From Kondoa subrosea (taxonomy: Eukaryota): DNA of 64,000 bases. How positions within the stretch are numbered: position 1 is the first letter of the stretch; every line of letters starts with the position of its first letter. Of this stretch, positions 55,491 through 64,000 are shown piece after piece. Under the pieces are notes generated by a model. It was not told the DNA's origin. It did no database searches and saw only the letters and a list, made by a program, of their open reading frames with translations. The stretch is taken from positions 3,006,678 to 3,070,677 of the forward strand of contig BCIN01000002.1 of assembly GCA_039545335.1 (NCBI GenBank), written 5' to 3'. Position numbers and translations under genes: made by a program.

Positions 55491-57597
55491 ATGTTCGAAG
55501 CTGGTGCTTTGGAGTCAGCCGTTCCTCTGTCCAAAGCCAAACATCCTTACAGAACTGGAAACTATGCCCCGGTCAAGCGAGAATGTCGACAAGAGGCCGA
55601 CTGTTTCTTTGGATCCCTACCTACTGAACTAGCTGATTCAATGTACTGTCGTAATGGAAGCAATCCTTCACAAAATGATGACGAAGGCGATTTTCACTGG
55701 TCAGTCTCAAGCAATCTGCACACTAGAAATAAGCTGAATGGAAATAATTTCAGGTTCGATGGCGATGGAATGATTTCTGGAGTAGTCTTCTCAACAAACG
55801 ACAAGGGTCTTATCAAACCAGTCTTCGTTAACCGATTCATGCTCACCGACATCTATCTCGCATCAGTCGCATCAAAAGGTAGAAAAGCTATCACTCCTTC
55901 CATTGCTACACTTTTGTCTCCCATCACATCTTTACACCGAATCATGTTCTCCATTTTGCGTACAGTCACCTTGTGCTTACTTTCCTTCTTCACCCAATTC
56001 CCAATCAAAAGAATATCAGTAGCCAATACCGCTGTTCTCTTTCATGATGGTCGAGCATTAGCGACTTGTGAATCTGGTCCACCTCTTTGGATCGAATTGC
56101 CTACTTTAGAGACTGTCGGTTGGTGGAGCTTGGATGAACAGGAAGATGAGGTATCCTTGAGAGGTGGAGGAGGGATCACGGGTATGATCAATGAGTTCAC
56201 AACAGCTCATGTGAGTGACTCTTTCCCCATCTTTTTCACTGAAAAGGCTTCAACTAAACTGTCGCACAGCCCAAAAGTGATCGACTGACCGGAGAATTGA
56301 TTCTCTATCACGCTTCTTTTGCACCACCGTACCTCAAATACTCAGTCATTCCTGCTAGACAACATAAAGCAGAGAAGTCTGGTCAAAAGATTTTAGCACA
56401 TCCGGTGCCAATTCGTGAGTCTGTCTTCATTGTTTCAATTAATCGAATCTGAGTATATCCTACTAGCTTCACCTCGAATGATGCACGATTTCGGCGTCAG
56501 TCGAGATCACACAGTCATAGTCGACTGTCCACTTTCTCTCGATCCACTCAATCTGGCTCGTGGACGACCAGTAGTCAACTATTCCCCCAACACACCGACC
56601 CGATTTGGCATCTTCCCACGTCATTCACCTTCTTCAGTCAAATGGTATGAAGGTGAAAGTTGCTGTATTTTCCACACTGCCAATACTTGGACCAACACTT
56701 CAACCCAAGAAATCAATCTTCTTTGTTGCAGAATGAACTCTTCTTCCCTCGTCTACGCAGCTGGTAATTTGCCTTTACCTCGAAATCAAATCTTTATCGA
56801 ATCAGCAGAAGAAACTTGTCAATTACATTATTACTCTTTCCCACTTCAATCGCAAACCATTGGTCATTCTTTTCCATTATCAGTTATACCTTTTGAATTC
56901 CCTGAAGTTTCACCTTTGAAAACAATGGAAGAAGCGAAATACGTTTTTGGTTGTTCTATGAAATCTGGATCTTTTACTGTTGCTTTAGGTCAAGCTTCGA
57001 AAATTGACGTTTTGGTTAAAGTCAACGTCCTTTCACTCATTAACAAAGGTCGTTCTACTACTACCACAACAACGAAAAAGAAAGCAGTGGATACAAGACC
57101 GGTTGTACAAATCTTAGCTGAACAAACATCTCGTTGTTCATCAAAAGAAGAAGAAGATGTGGATATCAGAATATTCTCATTCCCTGAAAATCATTATGCT
57201 CAAGAACCTTCTTTCGTACCTCGTTCTAACAATCCAAGAGGGGAAGATGATGGTTTTTTATTGGTTTATGTTTTTGATGAATCCCAATTAGATGAGCAAG
57301 GGAATGCAAAGTCGGATAGCAAGAGTGAATTATGGGTCATCGATGCTTGGGATATGGAGACTGTGATTGCGAAAATTAAACTACCACAACGAGGTGAGCT
57401 CTTTCCTTTGAGTGAGGAAGACGGACAACTTACCAGGAGTCATAGTGCCGTATGGACTTCATGGAGAATGGTTCACTAAAGATCAGATTGCTTCACAAAG
57501 ACCTATTACAACTCGAAGAGAAAGACCAAGCAGAAAGCTGGAGAAGGAGACTTTTGGAGAGAAGATCGTTGGACAATTGCAACTTTGGTTAGATTAA
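55491..57597 (+). CDS. carX: carotenoid cleavage oxygenase (CarX/Cco1/CCD family, RPE65 superfamily)
   Basis: HPYRTGNYAPV, YCRNGSNP, HWFDGDGM, SVANT, ATCESGPP, four Fe-ligating His (TAHPK, MMHDF, IFHTAN, YGLHGEW), FEFP, EDDGFLLVYVFDE. Divergent from crtYB. Confidence 0.94.
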
Positions 57598-58029
57598 TGC
57601 TTTTTTTTCGTTCTGCTGAATTGTTGTACAGTCATGTTTTAATTTCGTTTTCGCATATAGATAATTCGTTTAGCACAGCATTATTATTACTCGTTCTAAT
57701 ATTGTACAAATATGCATACATAGATAAATATGTGAATAGTAAATGTACTTTGCATACGCTTGACTTCGTTTCCATTCTACTTGTGCCCTGCAAGCAGCAT
57801 CATTCTCGGGCAGACCATCTTGAGGATGATCGTACTGAAATTCAACAGTACATTATCTGCCATTGGACCAACATCGAGAGGGAGATGATTGTAGTAGTAG
57901 CTCGAGAGGTATACAGCGCCTTGAGGCAATGGATCATATGAATGGTGCTTTACACAATTAAACGACAGCACACGTCAGTACAATGTCTAGACTGTAGTAA
58001 ATTTCACCGACTATCGACGCTGAGAGTCC

Positions 58030-58612
58030 TCAGTCCTCTTTCCAAAGATGTATATCTTCATCGGGCGCTTTCGATTGTCCTTTCCAATGACTTTTTCTAC
58101 AGCTGTAGATCTGACCCTTCCAAGTAACTTTGTCGTTCTTGGTATATCGCTCTTCCTTCTTCCATCCCACACCTTCTACTTTCTCTTCTTCATCATCATG
58201 ACTTTCACCATCGGAATCCGTTGTTCCATCTAAAGTAGGCTCAGGGTTGATGACTTGATTACTCCATTCTTTAATCGGAACAGCATTTGGAGCTTTCTTC
58301 TTCTTCTTCTTCCCACTTGTAGCTTCATGTTTGCTATGACACAAGTATGAGCTATCGAACCACAAATATACTTGGCCTAACCCAAATGAAGACTGACTTC
58401 TTCCAAATTCCTCCATATTGATAATCAGGATGTGACTTATCTCCATCAATCTCACCACCCGAGACCTCTTTCCAACATTTACCAGGACAAACGAAATGCC
58501 AAGTTCCAGTAGAATCGATTCGACAACGGATCAAGACATCTCTAGCTTTACTACACAAGGTACATGGTTTGCTGTAGGACTTGATAGGTGGAGGATCTGC
58601 AGATTCGGTCAT
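58030..58612 (-). CDS. small protein: N-terminal CxxC...CxxxC / YGGxWK domain fused to a C-terminal CBM5/12-like module; 1 intron
   Basis: Spliced KPCTLCSKARDVLIRCRIDSTGTWHFVCPGKCW...YQYGGIWKNKH...KKKKK...acidic linker...WKKEERYTKNDKVTWKGQIYSCRKSH...APDEDIHLWKED*. Confidence 0.75.
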
Positions 58613-58704
58613 TGGATGTATGAGGTCAAGTTTCCAATTGAGCGATTCTATGTTGAACATGAACTATCATTCGTTACTTATACCCGGCATTTGGATAGGC
58701 AGAG

Positions 58705-60235
58705 ATGAGCAATGAGAAGACTAGCGAGGAGAGGAAAGCGGAGCAGGAAGCCAAGAGAGCGGAGCAAAGAGCAGCAATGAAAGCTAGAATGAAAGAGATG
58801 CGCAAGGCCTCATCGAAAGCTCCCAACATGGATGATCATCAAGCTGCTGATGAGGTTATACCAGAGATAGTAGAGCAGGCCGTTCTTTCAGAATTGGTTG
58901 CTGTACCAGACTTGGCGTTGAAAGATGGGGACAATGTCAACGGAAGGTCTTCGCAAGCTGTTGAGAAGCCGCAAGAGGAGCAGACAGCGAGACCAGAAGA
59001 TGACTCTCAAGTGTTAGAAGCGTTTGCAGAAATCAATGCAGAATCCAAACCAACAGAACCTGCTGCTCAATTGGAAACGTTGTTGGATAATGGGGAATCT
59101 CTCGAGGCGCCTCCTGCAGCGTCTTTACAGCCTTCTGAAGGTCTCGCAACTATCTTCGCTTCGAACGGGAGCCCAGAAGAGCCCATCCCCTCTTTGAAAG
59201 CTTCAAGCAGTAACGAATCTCTCGCTGATCTCTCAACATGGGCTACGGATCTCAAGCAATCTTTGTCTAAGAGTATAAATAGGAAGGGCAAGCAGAAAAG
59301 CTATGAAAGTGAATCGGATTCTGGTTTAGACATGGATGAATCTCTTGAAATGGCAGCCAATAAATCTGGCTTGATCGGGAGCGACAGTGAAGATGATATC
59401 GGACCTATTCTTGGACAGCCAACGTTACAGCCGATACCTGTCTTCACTGCTCATGTGGGTTCTCCCTGGATTGGATGCCATAGCAGGCTGAATCCTCGTA
59501 CAGCGAAAAGCATCATTGCCGTACTCTCAGCCACTGTCACCTACCACAGTGTATTCTTCTTCAGATGAAGAATCTTTCGATCTTACCTTAGATGGCAGCC
59601 ACTCTCCTTCCATTCGACCAAGTTCTTTTAGTTCGCGCTTATCGATGTCATCGACTACTTCCTCTAATTTATCTTCCCGTCGCGCCTCTATTCTACCACA
59701 ATCGCCTGGAAGATCACAATTTAAATCGATATCGAAGGACGTCTTCAACACCACTCCCAGACCTGCCAGGAAATCGATTATCAGACCACCATCATCAGCT
59801 TCATCAATTAGACCTCCATCAGCTATCAAACCTTCATCAATTAAACCCTCTTCAGCCATCAAACCTCCGACACCAGGCAGTTTGCCCAGACCTATTTCAT
59901 TAATCAAACCACCTTCTTCATCCCGCTTATCTGCCTCCTCCTCATCAAGATTATCAAATCTACCAACACCACGAAGGAGCGCTTTACCTCCTATCCGAAC
60001 GAAACATTCTTCCATTTCTTCAACAGGAAGCAATACTTCTATAGGATCACCTACTCGAGCACATAATCGATCAGAGAGTATAGCTAGTACTGCGAGTGTG
60101 AAGAGTGTGAAGAGTGTTGAGGAGAATAGTAGTAAGATTGGGAAAAGTGCGAACGCGACTGGTGGTAGGAAAATGAGTTTGGCCGGAAGTGGGATTGGAG
60201 GAGTACCTGTAAGAGGCAGAAAAATCGGGTCGTGA
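58705..60235 (+). CDS. hypothetical low-complexity protein (acidic N-half, S/P/R-rich basic C-half); 1 intron near 59455-59502
   Basis: ORFs 58705-59568 and 59516-60235 joined by GTGGGT...CTGAA...ACAG; N-terminal coiled coil; IRPPS/IKPSS repeats. Confidence 0.65.
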
Positions 60236-60575
60236 TTTCTGGAGTTGTATGGATGAAGTCAAGCGTTTGGAGGAAGAAGAGATGTATGTATTTTGGAAGG
60301 AATGTGCACATTGAGATACCTTGCATTGTTTTGGAAGTGATAGATCACAACTCGTGACTGTTTGCGACATGGGCAAAGACTCGATAAAAGGTGAACGGGA
60401 CCGCCATCTAAGCCCTTCGCCTGCAATTTCGCGGCCACTCCATCAGTGCAACCTTTCCTCGAAGCGTCTTCCTTCTGCAAGCAAGAACCACTAGCTGTGA
60501 AATTGTATTACTGTAGTGTAACCCTTGAAGCGTCAAATCCATCCCTTCTCGAGCCCAAAAGAAGGAAATCAAAGG

Positions 60576-61028
60576 ATGCCTCGCGCGCAAGCATTAAGTC
60601 GAAGAAATGTCAAAGGTTGTAAATGGCACGGGAAAGGCTATAGGGAGAATGGAGATCTTTATGTTCAACTCAAACGTGCATACTGTGAACGAGCGCAAGT
60701 CTGGCTGTATCTCCATTGCTTACGTAATCAATTAGCTGAAAGGTTTGCTACTCTGGGCAGATTTTCTCGTGGACACCCAGTCAATGAGAACTCTACAATG
60801 AAGGAATTTCATGCTGCGCTGTTGAATGACGCGTCATCAGAGGATGGATTCCCTTTACCCGCAAATCTGCACCTGGAACTACAAGCTTTTAGAGGCAAAC
60901 CGTTAGATGAGAGTGATGGTATGGTCAAGAAGCATTTCAATGGAGGAGAGATGGTTTACGCGAAAGTCTTTGACCAGCAGGGAAATCAGTGGCTACATTT
61001 TTACCCAGGTGGATGGCAAATGAAATAG
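60576..61028 (+). CDS. intronless hypothetical protein (~150 aa)
   Basis: Uninterrupted ORF from MPRAQALSRR with globular-looking composition; no family recognised. Confidence 0.5.
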   Translation: MPRAQALSRRNVKGCKWHGKGYRENGDLYVQLKRAYCERAQVWLYLHCLRNQLAERFATLGRFSRGHPVNENSTMKEFHAALLNDASSEDGFPLPANLHLELQAFRGKPLDESDGMVKKHFNGGEMVYAKVFDQQGNQWLHFYPGGWQMK

Positions 61029-61037
61029 ACAATTGCT

Positions 61038-62475
61038 TCATGCTTTGCCCGTAGCTTTCTTCGATTGTATATACGTCTCTTCCAGCCGCTGCTTGACGTA
61101 TTCTCCTGCCAGTATTGGTTCATACTTATTTGGACGTTCTGAGGTGATACAAGTTGGCATTGTTTCTGCTCAAGGCATCAGTAGTATACAAAAAGACAGC
61201 GGGGAACCTACCGATCAAGCAGTCATAGTTGAGAGATGCAAAATAAGGTCTGGGACCTTTTCATCAGTCGGCAATAACGTAGATTGTCTTGAGCGCTTAC
61301 AAGCTATATCGTGCTTTGCCCGTTCGGTTGATCGCGCGATGAAATGTGGACACGAACAGATCATTCGACCAGCGAGCAAGTTGATCGCCTGTGATATATT
61401 AGAAGAGTCATGCAGGTTCAAGTAAGTGATGCCTACCGAGATTGCACACAAATCTGCAGATTTCTTGAGTCATTGAATATGCAAGATCCACAAGAGCTTA
61501 CGCGTTAGGAACTGGAGGCGCAGAAATCCATTGTCCATTTGCGTTTTTCACTTGAAGCGCTTCGATGCCTTGTTGTTGAGCGAGGACTGCGCTGTCTTGA
61601 TGAGCTTCAAGTCACTTCCTTTGTAGCAGAGACTTACTAGTGACTAGGGATTACCAAATTTCAATAATCGACAGAGCTGTCTCATAGCTAGAACTCACAA
61701 ATCTCGTCTGAAGCAATTCAATTAGCACAGCTAGCATGTTCCGAGATGAATGCTCACAATCAGTATGCGCTCCGATTCCCATTTGACGATCGTCCACAAC
61801 ACCAGTTTGGGACGGGTAGTGGAGTACTTTCAAAGCAATTGAGATCAGTCCTACATCAGCCAAAGCAATAATCAAGCTGACAGCGCATGATAGAGCTGGC
61901 TTGCGAAGTCTTGTCGTCGAAGAATCGTTCGTCCAAATCAAGCGCGAGTGCGAAAAGAGGAAACAGCTTTTTGGTTAGGCCTGTAATGGCTTCATAGATA
62001 TTCAGTACATCTTGCTTAAACGATGTTGCATTCAGCGTTGCAGGCCATACGTTGGGATCTTGCTTAGAACCCTGCACAAAGGAGGCTCCAGGAGGTCCAA
62101 TGTCAAAGCCCTGCAATGTGATCAACCAGATTCAGACCATTCAGTCACTCGATTCACCTCATGCATGTCTCCCCTATTCTCAGGATCCACATTCTCACCG
62201 CACAGAGCTGTATATCCCCTGAAAGCTTCACTGTCATGTATATCCAGCTTCCTCTTCTCTTCCTCCGGTAAGTCAAAGAAGATCTTGGCTTGCTCGAATG
62301 CGCGGTCGACCAAGGCAAAGTCTACGCCAGAATTGACAATGTAGAAGAAACCAACTTCCATGCAGAATTGCTTTAATTCCATAGCCAAAGCCCGACGCTT
62401 CTCAAAGTCTGGAGATGTAGCATTGGCCAGATCTAAGAAAGGAAGAGAACTAAAGGTCTTTTGTGTGATAGCCAT
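61038..62475 (-). CDS. 2-oxoglutarate/Fe(II)-dependent dioxygenase (isopenicillin N synthase / DIOX_N family), multi-exon
   Basis: LPFLDL, C.EVGFFYIVNSGV, FFDLPEEEK, FRGY, GDMHEGFD, NVWP, LHYP, GAHTDYEIFTIL, NIGRHHLLEP then STLHRAIN-type distal His and RYSIP. Confidence 0.88.
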
Positions 62476-62643
62476 TGTTGTTTCAAAGAAGAAAATTACA
62501 GGTAAACATTTGCCAAGCGGGAAAGATAAGCGGATAAGATGATTAGCAGCGATATTAGCAGTAAAATTTGTATAGGCATAGAGGAGGTGTCTGAAGCGAT
62601 GGCATGACAATTGCAAGGCTTGCTACATAAAGAGAAGAGATGC

Positions 62644-64000
62644 TTAGTCCCCGAGGCGATTTCCGGTTGCACCAAAGGCAGCTGAAAGCCTTTCGAACTC
62701 AGTAACCAAATCTGTAGACTGCGCGGAAGGGAACGCAGCGGTACGATTGTAAGCCATCATAGAACCGAAGGATAGAGTGAAAGCAGCAGTATTGGCTTGA
62801 TCTGAACAAAATTGGTCAGCAGAGTCTAAGATGTAGGATCTGACTGAATTACAAGCTTTGATACAAGGGTCTTGACTTGCCCATTGCTTGATTTGCTTCT
62901 TGACTTCTGCTCGACGATCAACCAAAACAAGCTGAATGACATCCGACCAAATACTGGTTTTCTTTGCAGGTATTAGCCAATCGTTCTGTTCTGCACGTGA
63001 GCAATGATTCATTGTAAGGTAAAACGTCATTTACGATAGCCCATCTGACAACTTGCAAAGATAAGCTCATGTTGTATCGAGCATGATCGGCTGCCGTTCC
63101 TCTTTGACCAGGTTCATTCGAGTATGGCTCATCATTGAGGATCATGCTCTACACGAAGACTAAACTCCACACTGGCGGCAATAGCGATAGACTTACTTGG
63201 ATGGAGATCAATACTTGAAGCAGAGTGGACTTCATGGGTTCTAGATAGCATTCGTTATGCTATGTGTCTCAAGAGATAAGAGAATAGCTCACGCCACATC
63301 TCTTCAGGACTGCCGGGCCATGTGCCAAGTACTGTGACCCGGCATGAGCATAGGCTCACAGAGTAGAAAGCGAAATTTTACGAGACAAGCAAACTTTGCC
63401 GCAATTGTAAAGATTTGGGTTGAATCGCACTGAACCATTACCGGTCGTCTTGAGCTTCACTACAGGAGCAACAGCAGGATAAGTAGTGGGAAGAAAGATG
63501 TCGAACTCGAACAAGCCAAAAGCATAGGGAGTGTTCTCAGGTCCAACAATCAAGGCTTTAAGCACATCCGAACGAGATTCATCAGCTCGAACAAAGATAC
63601 CAGGAGGAAGGCCTGTAAAAAAACATGAGCGACACTTAAGCAATCTTACGCGATAAACTTACCTGTAGCCAAGGTGGAAATCTCCTTTGCAATCTTGAGT
63701 GCGTGCTGCTTTTGCGTCTCGTTGCCTAAAGGATGTGCATAATCTTTTGCAACGAAACGTCCGCCTTTCAAAGTACCAAGCGAAATCTGATCGAAAGCAA
63801 GAGCGAGGCATCTAGCTGGGTAATCGAGAATCGAAGAAGACGGCTTTGAAGCGGTAACATTGGACAGAACATCCCTCCATCCAGGTTGCAAACGATCCAG
63901 AGCTTTAGTAACTTGTTCGTGTTGACTCACAAAGCCTTCAGTAAGCGATAGAAGTGTGATAGCATCTCTAATTAAGTAATCAGTCAAAGAGCTTATGCAA
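62644..64000 (-). CDS. ubiquitin-conjugating enzyme with UBE2Z/BIRC6-type UBC domain (3' part; gene continues beyond the window)
   Basis: [57 protein letters not shown] (active-site Cys), [19 protein letters not shown]. Confidence 0.88.

Noticed and set aside
59527..60033. 168-aa antisense ORF (G/L/E-rich), and similar antisense ORFs at 3196-3579 and 7202-7654
   Set aside because: Shadow ORFs on the reverse strand of real, compositionally biased coding exons.

Overview
Gene-dense, intron-rich eukaryotic DNA from a fungus, most likely a basidiomycete (possibly Pucciniomycotina; inferred from ~45-60 nt introns, frequent micro-exons and protein similarity). It is not prokaryotic, so the ORF track fragments most genes; CDS spans below are my manual start-to-stop spans including introns. 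Contents in order: intron-containing tRNA-Val(AAC), a Bud21/Utp16-like gene, P5A-ATPase SPF1, MCM6, D-lactate dehydrogenase DLD1, an NCS1 purine-cytosine permease, SSK2-type MAPKKK, a Cys-free secreted amphipathic protein, an HSL-family esterase, a mitochondrial carrier, an F-box-like gene, glycogen branching enzyme, orphan membrane proteins, RPS8, a rhomboid protease, KRI1, a three-gene carotenoid cluster (phytoene desaturase, lycopene cyclase/phytoene synthase, carotenoid cleavage oxygenase), a small Cys-motif/CBM5-12-like gene, a 2OG-Fe(II) oxygenase and the 3' part of a UBE2Z/BIRC6-type E2. Most notable: two adjacent 54-nt DLD1 introns that are 85% identical (introner-like intron gain or intron-to-intron conversion), the carotenoid cluster with its unexplained neighbour, a C-to-G skew gradient inside long exons, several GC-AG introns, 6-11 nt micro-exons and TAGCA arrays after stop codons.
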